This document shows positions 1 through 8,661 of a DNA stretch of 64,000 nucleotides, piece by piece. The stretch's first letter is position 1; each line of letters starts with the position of its first letter. A program made the translations under genes and the position numbers. The notes beneath the pieces were generated by a model. That model searched no databases and had not been told where the DNA came from. It saw nothing but the letters and a program-made list of their open reading frames with translations. Source of the stretch: an uncultured Opitutia bacterium (GTDB taxonomy: Bacteria; Verrucomicrobiota; Verrucomicrobiia; Opitutales; Opitutaceae); the NCBI GenBank assembly GCA_903881475.1, contig CAIRTK010000028.1:6194-70193 (forward strand), in the 5' to 3' direction.

Positions 1-1
1 C

Positions 2-610
2 GACAATGCCGGGCTCGCCGTTCGCTACCAATTCACCGGCGGTAAACTCAAGGGCCTGTTCCTGATCGCGGACGTAAAGTACTTCAGCAAGTCGCTCGTC
101 AACCTCGGGTCCGGCAAGAGCCTGATCCCGGGACCCGCCAGTGCGACCTCCGGGGGCACGCTGAGCATGTATTACGTTCCTTCCACCAACCGGACCTACA
201 TCACAGATCCAAAAATCGCCGGTGAGGACAAAATCACCGCCACGCCCGTGATCAATGCGCCGTTTCCGGTCAACGGCTTGCTGCCGATTCCAACCCAGCC
301 GGCCAACGCGACCATCAATTATCCGGTGGATGCCAACGGCGTCGCCTTGCCGCTGATTTCGGGCAGCGGCAGCTCGGCCGTCTATTCGGGCGAGCCCGAG
401 GGTGTCTTTGTGGACGACGGCCGGGAATACAACTACAACGCCCCGGCGGCGGTCGTGGACATTGGCGCCGGGTACGAATGGAATACCGGACGCCTCACCA
501 ATACCCTGCGCGTCAACGTCAAGAATCTCCTGAACCGCCAATACACCTGGGGTTCCGGCGTCCCCGGACTGCCCTTGCAGCTACTTGTGACCTACGATCT
601 GCACTACTGA
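2..610 (+). CDS. Outer-membrane beta-barrel protein, C-terminal part (TonB-dependent-receptor-like); 5' end cut by window edge
   Basis: Frame 2 is open from base 2 (hand translation DNAGLAVRYQFTGGKLKGLFLIADVKYF...) and joins the listed 167..610 ORF. The C-terminus ...NLLNRQYTWGSGVPGLPLQLLVTYDLHY ends in an aromatic residue, as OM barrels do. The gene lies upstream of hexuronate genes. Confidence 0.55.
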   Translation, partial: DNAGLAVRYQFTGGKLKGLFLIADVKYFSKSLVNLGSGKSLIPGPASATSGGTLSMYYVPSTNRTYITDPKIAGEDKITATPVINAPFPVNGLLPIPTQPANATINYPVDANGVALPLISGSGSSAVYSGEPEGVFVDDGREYNYNAPAAVVDIGAGYEWNTGRLTNTLRVNVKNLLNRQYTWGSGVPGLPLQLLVTYDLHY

Positions 611-803
611 TTGTCGCTGGGTCGGAACTGGGCGAGGGATGGATGCTTTACATCCGTCCCCTTCCCAACATTACGGCGCTCGTTATCCGGCGTGCGCCAA
701 AGAGCCGCCACCGCCAACAATCAATGATTGAACCACCCTCGAGTTTGGCGCATGCGGCACCCTGCGCCCGCAGACCACCATCTGATGACCAGCTGACATT
801 TCC

Positions 804-2651
804 ATGGACCGACCCATCAATCGTTTTCTTCTAAAGCATGACCTGCGCATCGCGCAGAATCCGTGCATCAGCCCCGATTTTTGCCTCGATTGGGCGGCCC
901 TGATTCCAAAGTTGCGCCCCGGGCTGCCCGAACGGGCCTTGGCCAAGAGCAGCTTTGTCACGGCCGATGGCAGCTGGGTGCTCTTTGAGGACGGCCAGAC
1001 CGGTGATTGCGCCTGGATCCTGCACTCGCCCGCGGGCACCCAGGCCCGGGAGGTTCTGGCCGAGGGTGTCGCCGTTGATCGCGAGCACTGCGCCTTTCCC
1101 GCCTCGTGGGAAAACCTGCTTCGTCTCAAGAACCTGATCCTGGCCCACGATCCCGACTCGACGATTTTTCCCACCACGGGCGGAAACCTGGCCCGCGGCA
1201 CGATCGGCGTCGGGGCACGTTTCACCACGTTGCACTGGCCCGCCGTCGAATGGGCGATGAGCGTGCTGGATTTGGGGATGACGGCTAATCAGAACAGCAT
1301 CCCGCGGGAGCTCGTCTTTGACTTGGACACCATGCTGCAGGGCCGGCTCGACACCGTTCCCTTCCCGTTCATCGGGACGAATGTCCCCGAGGGGCATCAG
1401 GGACAGAGCGTGGAGGGAATGAGCCACGGCGCGGTGCTGTCCAAGCTGAAAACCGGGTTCCATCGCCGCCGGCTGGCCTGGAGTTTCAACGCCGACCACC
1501 AGCCCATTGGCGGCAAGTTCGACAGCCGGGAGGACGCCCTGGTGCGGGGCTGCCTCCTGGCCAGTTACATCACCTTTGACCTCTCGCCCGAACTGGCGCT
1601 GAACCAGCCGGCCGAGTTGTCGGCCATCCCCCCCGAACTGGTCCGGCAGGTCGGCGCCCGCGTCGCGGAAGTCGGGCTGGTGCTGCAGCCCGCGGAATTC
1701 GAGCGGCTGCTCTGCCTCGTGTGGCCCGCGATGGTCAAGATGCAGCGGCGCGACGGGAAATACCGCGCGGCGCGCCACGCGGCCTTTGCCTCCGACGTTG
1801 GCCGGCGGTACCTGCGCGAGCTTTCCATCGACGAGCTTCCCGGCCTGACGACGCCGGAAACCACGGCCGTCATGCTCGCCCTGTGCGAGCGGCTGGGCAT
1901 GCCGGTGAACTTTATCGCCCCCGCGTTCGGCTTTCAAAAGAACACGCCCTATGCCGACAACGCCGCCCTGCGGGCCATGGTCGGGCGGCAATGGGACGTA
2001 TGCCGGCAGTTTGGGGTCAGCATCGGCTTTCATTCCGGCTCGGGAAAATCCGCGGAAAACTACCGCGTGCTCGGCGAGATCACCGGCAGCCGGCTCGAGA
2101 TCAAGACCAGCGGGCGCTATACCTACGAAATGGGCCGGGCGCTGCACGGCTCGCCCGATGCCGCGGACCAGGCCCTGTGGCGCGACTGGTACCAGTTTAC
2201 CCTCGATCTGGGCGTGGCCGGCGCCTTCAGCCCCGATGCCACCGAGCAAAAAATGGCCCGCGTCTTCATCGTGACCGCGCTCGCCGCCGCCGGACGGCCG
2301 GCCGAGGTCTTTGCCGACGCCGGGACCTGCCGCGCCGCCCTCGAGGCCCTGCCCCGCTCGCCCGACCACATGTTCTTTTTCGAGTATAATTTTCTCTACG
2401 TGCTCGCCGCCGGCGGGCGGCCGGACAAGGCCGCGCTGGGCGACCATACGGCCGCCGGTTACCAGCAGCGCGCCCGCTTCTACCAGATCAGTCCCGAGGC
2501 CAGACTGCGCTATGCAAGGAATGTGGCCGATTACCTGCTTTTCCTGGCCGAGCATACCGGGCTGGCCCCGCAGGCCCGTTGCTCGGCGTCGCGCCAGTTG
2601 CTCGGAAGCTACGCCACCTACGACGCGATGCTGGCCGATATCTCCCGCTGA
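804..2651 (+). CDS. Large TIM-barrel-like enzyme, possibly UxaE-type tagaturonate/fructuronate epimerase relative
   Basis: A 615-aa ORF ends 3 nt before uxaC. Segments ANQNSIPREL, SFNADHQP and FHSGSGKSAENY...LEIKTSGRYTYE resemble my recollection of UxaE motifs (QQSxRE, ADADH, HSGSDK, IKTAGTSYLE). The protein is longer than classical UxaE, so the assignment is tentative. Confidence 0.45.
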   Translation: MDRPINRFLLKHDLRIAQNPCISPDFCLDWAALIPKLRPGLPERALAKSSFVTADGSWVLFEDGQTGDCAWILHSPAGTQAREVLAEGVAVDREHCAFPASWENLLRLKNLILAHDPDSTIFPTTGGNLARGTIGVGARFTTLHWPAVEWAMSVLDLGMTANQNSIPRELVFDLDTMLQGRLDTVPFPFIGTNVPEGHQGQSVEGMSHGAVLSKLKTGFHRRRLAWSFNADHQPIGGKFDSREDALVRGCLLASYITFDLSPELALNQPAELSAIPPELVRQVGARVAEVGLVLQPAEFERLLCLVWPAMVKMQRRDGKYRAARHAAFASDVGRRYLRELSIDELPGLTTPETTAVMLALCERLGMPVNFIAPAFGFQKNTPYADNAALRAMVGRQWDVCRQFGVSIGFHSGSGKSAENYRVLGEITGSRLEIKTSGRYTYEMGRALHGSPDAADQALWRDWYQFTLDLGVAGAFSPDATEQKMARVFIVTALAAAGRPAEVFADAGTCRAALEALPRSPDHMFFFEYNFLYVLAAGGRPDKAALGDHTAAGYQQRARFYQISPEARLRYARNVADYLLFLAEHTGLAPQARCSASRQLLGSYATYDAMLADISR

Positions 2652-2653
2652 CC

Positions 2654-4078
2654 ATGCCGACCTTCATCCACGAGAATTTTTTGCTGCAGACTCCCGTGGC
2701 GCGGGACCTGTATCACAACTTTGCGAAGGCCCAGCCGATCTTCGACTACCACTGCCACGTTTCGCCCCGGCTCATTGCGGACAACCACCGCTTTGCCGAC
2801 CTGACGGAGATCTGGCTTGGCGGGGATCACTACAAATGGCGGGCCATGCGCGCCAATGGCGTCAGCGAGCGTCTCTGCACCGGCGATGCTTCGCCGCGGG
2901 AAAAATTCGATGCGTGGTGCGCCACGGTCCCCCACACGCTGCGCAACCCGCTCTATCACTGGTCACACCTGGAGCTCGCGCGGTATTTTGGGATCGACCT
3001 GCCCATCAACCCGCAGAATGCCGACGTCATCTGGCAGACCGCCAACCGGGTGCTGGCCGATCTGCGCGTGCATGACATCCTGGCCGCGCATCGCGTGGCG
3101 GTCGTTTGCACCACCGACGATCCGGCCGATTCACTCGCGGATCACGAGCGGATCCAAAAATTGGGACTCAAGACGCGCGTCTATCCCGCCTTCCGGCCGG
3201 ACAAGGCGCTCGGGGTGAACGAGCCCGTGGGATTCAATGCCTGGCTGGAACGCCTTGCGCAGGTTTCAAACCGTCCGGTCAACACCCTGGATGACCTGCT
3301 GGCTGCGCTCGAGCAGCGCCACAGCGATTTTCACCGGCTCGGCTGCCGGTTGTCCGATCACGGTCTGGATACCGCGCTGGCCCATCCCTGCACCCACGCG
3401 GAAGCCAAGGCCGTGTTTGCCGCGGCGCGTTCCGGTCAGGCCGCCGCACCCGACGCCTGGGCCCGCTACGGTTCCTTCCTGATGCTCGAGTTCGGCCGCT
3501 GGGACGCCCGCCGGGGCTGGACCAAGCAGCTGCACCTCGGGGCGCTGCGAAACAACAACTCGCTACGCCGGCAGCAGCTCGGCGCCGATACCGGCTTCGA
3601 CAGCATTGGGGACTTTCCCCAGGTGCGCGCGCTGGGCCAGTACCTTGATGCGCTGGATCGAACGGGCGAACTGCCGCGCACCATCATTTATAACGCCAAT
3701 CCCGCCGACAACTATGCCTTCGCCACGATGGCGGGCAATTTCCAGGACGGATCCGTCGCGGGCAAACTGCAGTTCGGCTCCGGCTGGTGGTTCCTCGACC
3801 AAAAGGAGGCCATCGAATGGCAGATCAACGCCCTGTCGAATAACGGGCTGCTGAGCCGTTTCATCGGCATGCTGACCGACTCCCGCAGCTTTCTCAGCTA
3901 TCCGCGGCACGAATATTTTCGGCGGGTGCTCTGCAACCTTCTCGGAGCCGAGATGGAGCGCGGCGAGATCCCCGATGACCGCGAACTGGTCGGCCGCATG
4001 GTCGCGAACATCTGCTTCGCCAACGCCCGGGATTACTTCCGCCTCGAGCTCGATCCCGCTTACCAGGCGCGCGCCTAG
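2654..4078 (+). CDS. uxaC: Glucuronate isomerase (uronate isomerase)
   Basis: ATG at 2654 gives MPTFIHENFLLQTPVARDLYHNFAKAQPIFDYHCHVSP..., the typical UxaC N-terminus with the DYHCH motif. At 474 aa it is full length. Confidence 0.93.
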   Translation: MPTFIHENFLLQTPVARDLYHNFAKAQPIFDYHCHVSPRLIADNHRFADLTEIWLGGDHYKWRAMRANGVSERLCTGDASPREKFDAWCATVPHTLRNPLYHWSHLELARYFGIDLPINPQNADVIWQTANRVLADLRVHDILAAHRVAVVCTTDDPADSLADHERIQKLGLKTRVYPAFRPDKALGVNEPVGFNAWLERLAQVSNRPVNTLDDLLAALEQRHSDFHRLGCRLSDHGLDTALAHPCTHAEAKAVFAAARSGQAAAPDAWARYGSFLMLEFGRWDARRGWTKQLHLGALRNNNSLRRQQLGADTGFDSIGDFPQVRALGQYLDALDRTGELPRTIIYNANPADNYAFATMAGNFQDGSVAGKLQFGSGWWFLDQKEAIEWQINALSNNGLLSRFIGMLTDSRSFLSYPRHEYFRRVLCNLLGAEMERGEIPDDRELVGRMVANICFANARDYFRLELDPAYQARA

Positions 4079-4186
4079 GCCACACGGATCCTTGCGTCAG
4101 TTTCGGCCCGCCTGATCGCTGCTCCGGCTGAGACTCCCAGCCCGCGATGGCAGGCCCGGCCAAAACCCACGGGGCGAGCTCCGACC

Positions 4187-4603
4187 TTACCGAATATCAA
4201 ATTCGGCGACCGCGACCTGCTGGCCGTCAATGAGGCACTCGGCCCGAATGTGGCCGACGCCCAACGCCGAGGCCGGCTGGGTGGCAAAACGCGTGTTGGG
4301 GGCGCTCCGAAAATAGGCCCAATCGTTTTCGCGGTGTCCGACCAGCTTCCCGTCCTTGTACCAGTTCCAGACGACTTCCCTCGAGCCAGCCTCCTTCGTG
4401 ACGTCATCCCACGTGAGGCTGACGTAGAAACGGATCACGTCGCTCGTGGAGAAGGTGGACATCGGCACCAGGTTTCCGCTGAGAAAATTCGGCAGCGTCG
4501 TCACGCCGCTATTGACCGCCCGCATGCCCGTGACGCAGCCCTGAAACGAGAGGCTGATCGCGCCCAAAAGAATTAAAACGACCAAAGACTTGGCAATTTT
4601 CAT
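4187..4603 (-). CDS. Small lipoprotein, function unknown
   Basis: MKIAKSLVVLILLGAISLSFQGC has a signal peptide followed by a lipobox-like SFQGC. It is a clean 138-aa ORF in an otherwise non-coding gap. Confidence 0.65.
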   Translation of the reverse strand: MKIAKSLVVLILLGAISLSFQGCVTGMRAVNSGVTTLPNFLSGNLVPMSTFSTSDVIRFYVSLTWDDVTKEAGSREVVWNWYKDGKLVGHRENDWAYFRSAPNTRFATQPASALGVGHIRAECLIDGQQVAVAEFDIR

Positions 4604-4809
4604 AGTTAAGACCCTCCCCGTTCACGTTGTTCCTGGCTAGGCCCGGCACAAGGCAAACCGGGGTGATCGGCACCCCTGAATTTCAGTACGGGCATGCTGC
4701 GTACAGTCCGGGCTCACGGGTTGAGGACTGCCAAAAAAGCCCGCGGCCAGCGGGCCTGCGCCTCAAACCGGCGGTTGACTGACACCCTTGGCCATAGTCG
4801 CATGCCGTC

Positions 4810-5640
4810 ATGAGGGCTCTCGTTGTCTTCCTGCTCGCGATTGGGTTCGTTTCCCGGTCGATCGCGCAGAGTGACGATCATGCCGTTCGTGTGGAAAAGC
4901 AGCTTTTGCAGGAAGGCGTGGTGCGGCTCGTGATTACCAGCGACCACCTGAGCGAATCGACGGTTGTCCTCACCGCCACGCTCGAGAACATGGACTCGTC
5001 CGTCGCGATGCCGTTCATTCTTGAACTAAAGGGCGTAGGCTCGAGGGAGCTGTGTGTGTTCAAGATCCATGATCCGTCCCAATCGTGGCACTACAAGTAC
5101 CACTTCGAATGGAAATACGGCCTCAGAGGAGGCCACCCGGACCCGGACGCCGTTTACAGGCTGCCCTATCAAGACAACGAGTACCATGTCGTGATGCAGG
5201 GGAACCGGGGAGCCTTTAGCCATCAGGCCGGGTCGATCAACGAATTCGCCTATGACTTCGCCATGCCGATCGGCAGCACGGTGTGCGCCGCGCGCGGCGG
5301 CGTTGTGATCGGTGTCCGGCAAGATTCCGACGTCGGGGGATCCGACGAGAAATTTAAACTGAGCGACAACTATGTCTTGGTGCGCCATAGCGACGGAACC
5401 TACGCTGAATATATCCACTTGAAGAAGAACGGGGCGCTGGTCGCCCTGGGTGACACGGTCGCAGCGGGCCAGCCCATCGGCCTTTCCGGGGTGACGGGCC
5501 ACACCACGGGACCTCACCTTCATTTTGCGGTCTTCCGGCTGGTGGACAAACCCGGAGGCTTTGAGCGTCAATCCCTTCCCGTGCGGGTCCGGACCAAGGC
5601 TGTAGTGCTGGACGAACTCAAACAGGGAAACACCTATTAG
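4810..5640 (+). CDS. M23 family metallopeptidase (secreted)
   Basis: Signal peptide MRALVVFLLAIGFVSRSIAQ. The C-terminal LytM/M23 signature is NYVLVRHSDGTYAEYIHL...GQPIGLSGVTGHTTGPHLHFAV. Confidence 0.88.
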   Translation: MRALVVFLLAIGFVSRSIAQSDDHAVRVEKQLLQEGVVRLVITSDHLSESTVVLTATLENMDSSVAMPFILELKGVGSRELCVFKIHDPSQSWHYKYHFEWKYGLRGGHPDPDAVYRLPYQDNEYHVVMQGNRGAFSHQAGSINEFAYDFAMPIGSTVCAARGGVVIGVRQDSDVGGSDEKFKLSDNYVLVRHSDGTYAEYIHLKKNGALVALGDTVAAGQPIGLSGVTGHTTGPHLHFAVFRLVDKPGGFERQSLPVRVRTKAVVLDELKQGNTY

Positions 5641-5730
5641 GGGTGACTCACATCGTCCGACAGCAGGGAGTCAGATCAAAGCCATGGGTCAGCTTCCGGT
5701 CCGCACCTCTCTTCCCACCGACTTAATATT

Positions 5731-5815
5731 TGGTGCCCGAGGGGGGACTCGAACCCCCACGCTTTTAGGCACAGGCTTCTGAGACCTGCGTGTCTACCAA
5801 TTCCACCACCCGGGC
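5731..5815 (-). tRNA. tRNA-Leu (anticodon CAG), class II with long variable arm, CCA encoded
   Basis: The reverse complement is GCCCGGGTGGTGGAATTGGTAGACACGCAGGTCTCAGAAGCCTGTGCCTAAAAGCGTGGGGGTTCGAGTCCCCCCTCGGGCACCA. It has a 7-bp acceptor stem, anticodon loop CTCAGAA, T-arm GGGGG-TTCGAGT-CCCCC and a 13-nt variable arm. Confidence 0.93.
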
Positions 5816-5894
5816 ATTAGCGGGACGGGCAAAAGACACACCCGGCGCCCCCGGAGCAAGTAAATTGAGTGGGGAAGAAACCCGACCCGATGGA

Positions 5895-6033
5895 TTGAAT
5901 CTGGAACTCAGGGACTCTGGCCAATCACCCCACACCCGAGGCTTTTCATGGATCCGGGTGCCCTCCGGGTTAAGGCTCCTGTAGTTGGCCCTCCGAACCA
6001 TTCCTGCTCTCCATCCCTGAGTTCCAGATTCAA
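5895..6033. repeat. 20-bp perfect inverted repeat flanking a 99-nt spacer (139-nt stem-loop/MITE-like unit) in the tRNA-Leu/eda intergenic region
   Basis: TTGAATCTGGAACTCAGGGA at 5895-5914 is the exact reverse complement of TCCCTGAGTTCCAGATTCAA at 6014-6033. Confidence 0.85.
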
Positions 6034-6095
6034 CGATCTCCCCACCAAAAACGGGATTCCCTTCTCCCGCCGCCAGCCCTACACCCTTTCCGCCC

Positions 6096-6734
6096 ATGAA
6101 AAAAGACGCCGTCCTCGCCAAGATCAAAGCCGAGAAGGTCATCGCCCTCATCCGCGCCGACAACCCCGACGGGTTGCTCGACTGTGCCAAGGCGCTCGCC
6201 GACGGCGGCCTCACCAGCATCGAGCTCACCATGACCACGCCCGGCGCCATCCGCATGCTTGAGAAGGCAACCACTGAGCTACCCGATTTCCTCTTCGGCC
6301 TCGGCACTGTCCTCGATGCCGAGACCGCCCGCGCCGGCATCCTCGCCGGGGCAAAGTTCATCGTCACCCCCGCCCTGCGCCCCGAGGTCATCACCCTCTG
6401 CCGCCGCTACAGCATTCCGGTGTTCAGCGGCGCCTTCACGCCGACCGAGATCGTCCAGGCCTGGGAGGCCGGCGCCGACGCCGCCAAGGTGTTTCCCGCC
6501 GAATTCTTCGGCCCCGCCTACATCAAGTCCGTCAAGGCCCCGCTCCCGCAGATCGAGCTCGTGCCCACCGGCGGCGTGACCCCCGAGACCGTCGGCGAGT
6601 ATATCCGCGTCGGCGCATTCGCCACCGCCGCCGGCAGCTCGCTCGTTGAGGCCAAGGCCCTGAAGGAGAAAAACTGGGCCGCCATCACCGCCCGCGCCAA
6701 GGCCTTTGTCGCCGCCGTCGCCGCGGTAAAATGA
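6096..6734 (+). CDS. eda: 2-dehydro-3-deoxyphosphogluconate (KDPG) / 4-hydroxy-2-oxoglutarate aldolase
   Basis: 212 aa. The run ...VIALIRADNPDGLLDCAKALADGGLTSIELTMTTPGA...FIVTPAL...VKVFPA...PTGGV is typical of Eda, and the hexuronate-pathway context fits. Confidence 0.9.
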   Translation: MKKDAVLAKIKAEKVIALIRADNPDGLLDCAKALADGGLTSIELTMTTPGAIRMLEKATTELPDFLFGLGTVLDAETARAGILAGAKFIVTPALRPEVITLCRRYSIPVFSGAFTPTEIVQAWEAGADAAKVFPAEFFGPAYIKSVKAPLPQIELVPTGGVTPETVGEYIRVGAFATAAGSSLVEAKALKEKNWAAITARAKAFVAAVAAVK

Positions 6735-6851
6735 CGCGCATGGCGCGCGGACGCCACGCTTTGGGCGATAGAGCTGTAAGCTTTCAGCCAAACCCCCAAG
6801 CCGCAGCCCACCTTCCGGCTTAAGGCCCGCCGCCTGACGCCTTCCCTCCCC

Positions 6852-7352
6852 ATGCCCGCCTCCACCAGCAACCTGATCCCCGCCCTGCTGTTGCCGTGGT
6901 TCGCCTGGCGCATGTACCGTCGCTTCCATCGCAACGTGGGCCGGCAGCCTCTGCACTCCGGGCGCCTGATCAGCGGCATCGTGATCTTCGGACTCATCAG
7001 CGTGCCCCTGCTGGCCGTGACGTGGCCCGTGCCGCGCCTCCTGGCAGGCTTCGGTGGCGGCCTCGTGCTGGGCGGACTGCTCGCCTTGGTTGGCCTGCAC
7101 CTGACGGTCTTCGCGACCAACGCCGGCGGGCCGCACTTCTATACCCCCAACACCTACATCGGCGTGGGGCTTTCCCTGCTGCTGGCCGGGCGCGTCCTCT
7201 ATCGCATCGGGGTGCTCTATTTCTCCGATGCCGCGGTCACCGCTTCCTCGGCGGCTTTCATGCAAAGCCCGCTGACGCTGCTCATGATCGGCCTGACCGC
7301 CGGCTACTACCTCGCCTACAACACCGGCGTGCTCATCCGGAGCCGCCGCTGA
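6852..7352 (+). CDS. Integral membrane protein, function unknown (about 4 TM segments)
   Basis: A 166-aa ORF with hydrophobic stretches ISGIVIFGLISVPLLAV, LLAGFGGGLVLGGLLALVGL, IGVGLSLLLAG and LLMIGLTAGYYLAY. Confidence 0.55.
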   Translation: MPASTSNLIPALLLPWFAWRMYRRFHRNVGRQPLHSGRLISGIVIFGLISVPLLAVTWPVPRLLAGFGGGLVLGGLLALVGLHLTVFATNAGGPHFYTPNTYIGVGLSLLLAGRVLYRIGVLYFSDAAVTASSAAFMQSPLTLLMIGLTAGYYLAYNTGVLIRSRR

Positions 7353-7602
7353 CCGGCTGCAGACAATTTCCGTCCGGCCACGAAGGGCCGGCGCGGCAGA
7401 GCCTTGAACCCGGAAGGTTGGCCACAGAGAGGCCCAAGGGCTCCATGACTCCGGCTCAAACCTACCGCGCGCCGATAGGCGCAATGAAGGTTTCTTCGCA
7501 GCCCCTACGCCCTTGTGCCTCTTCGTGGCCAAAATCAGGTCGGCTCGTGGCTAAAGGCCAATCCGGCATCCTTGCGTCGGCCGCTACGGATCGCGCGGCG
7601 TT

Positions 7603-8352
7603 CTACAGGTACTTCGTGATGTCCGGGACCTTCTTCACGCGGCGGTGCGCGGCATCGCGGACGAAGTAGGGATCCTCCGCCTGCGTGGCTTCGACCTCCT
7701 CGTCACCGTCCGTTTCCTCATCTTCCTCGATTTCCTCGCCCTCGGCGTCGGTGAAGATCCAGTCCTGCTCCGCGTCGAAGGCGTGGGACATGCGGCGGGC
7801 CAGCGGATCCAGCACGAGCGCCGGGTTCTTCACGCGGCCGGCCTTCACCAGCTCGAACAGGCAGGGATAGAACTGCCCGTCAAAGTGCGCGCGAAACCCG
7901 CTCAGCCACTTGTTGGCCACCCCCTCGCGGCGCGTCAGCAACACCACATCGGAAAAATGCACGCAGGCCTCGAACCAGGCGAGCAGCGGCGGATGTTTCT
8001 CCGCGAGCTGGCAGTTCACGATGCAGAGGATGCGCCCCAGCTCCGCGCCCTGCGCCTCGAGCCAGGTCTTGAGGGTCTCGAGCTGGTCCACCGGGCTGCG
8101 CCGTCCGTCCGTCACAAAAAAAACGTGCGTCGCCCCGGCTGGTAGCGGGGCGATGATGAACCCGTCCTGCCACGTCCAGCGCGCGAGGCCCGGCAGCTTC
8201 GCGTCGAACTCGGACGGCGCCTCGTCGGCCGACAGCAGGACCGCCGCATGGCCGCCCTCGGCCAGTCCGCCCTCGATGAGATCGGCCAGCACTTCGCGCC
8301 GGCCGGAGCCGGCCGCACCCAGAATCAGGTAAACGAGGGGTTTGTCAGACAT
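7603..8352 (-). CDS. P-loop NTPase-like protein (CobW/G3E-like fold suspected) with degenerate Walker A and acidic C-terminal tail
   Basis: ATG at 8352 gives MSDKPLVYLILGAAGSGRREVLADLIEGG.... The part of the listed ORF upstream of this ATG is made of an intergenic repeat (HPCNPWLKF). The C-terminal tail is EGEEIEEDEETDGDEEVE. Confidence 0.55.
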   Translation of the reverse strand: MSDKPLVYLILGAAGSGRREVLADLIEGGLAEGGHAAVLLSADEAPSEFDAKLPGLARWTWQDGFIIAPLPAGATHVFFVTDGRRSPVDQLETLKTWLEAQGAELGRILCIVNCQLAEKHPPLLAWFEACVHFSDVVLLTRREGVANKWLSGFRAHFDGQFYPCLFELVKAGRVKNPALVLDPLARRMSHAFDAEQDWIFTDAEGEEIEEDEETDGDEEVEATQAEDPYFVRDAAHRRVKKVPDITKYL

Positions 8353-8425
8353 GCGATTTTCACCACGAAGAACCCGGACACCCCAACCCGCAATCCCAGA
8401 CCCAACAAAAACCCAGCCCGGAAAT

Positions 8426-8649
8426 TTTAACCACGGATTGCACGGATGGGCACGGATCCGGAATTCCAATCCTCGGGCCTCAAGCCACGTTGCCAGGGAT
8501 CATGGAAATCAAACCGGCAGGATCAGCCTGGAGATAACAAACCCCACCGATCGACCTTTGCCCGGAGGTATTATCCGGATCGAATCCGTGAAATCCGTGG
8601 TTAAAACGGATTGGGGCATGGATTCGCGCCGATCCGTGTCCATTCGCGG
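8426..8649. repeat. Cluster of ATCCGTG-type intergenic repeat units (family A)
   Basis: TTTTAACCACGGATTGCACGGATGGGCACGGATCCGG lies at 8426-8461, and TTATCCGGATCGAATCCGTGAAATCCGTGGTTAAAACGG at 8571-8618 in the opposite orientation. A GATCCGTGTCCATTCGCGG fragment lies at 8631-8649. Related copies are at 20673-20714 and 28488-28668. Confidence 0.85.
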
Positions 8650-8661
8650 GGAAGCCCGTCA

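Noticed and set aside
831-2555. A 574-aa ORF on the minus strand opposite the UxaE-like gene. Similar long antisense ORFs lie at 6279..7532, 8611..9876, 12029..13312, 37178..38743, 41434..42894 and 43365..44447.
   Set aside because: Their translations are Arg/Gly/Ala/Pro-rich low-complexity sequence with no recognisable motif. Each lies exactly opposite a gene with strong family signatures. Such stop-free shadow frames are expected at this G+C content.
5640-6095. An integrative element at tRNA-Leu, and likewise at tRNA-Arg (28240-28730).
   Set aside because: No integrase, excisionase or transposase ORF lies next to either tRNA, and no duplicated tRNA 3' segment was seen. Only the compositional anomaly of the S9 peptidase gene is reported.
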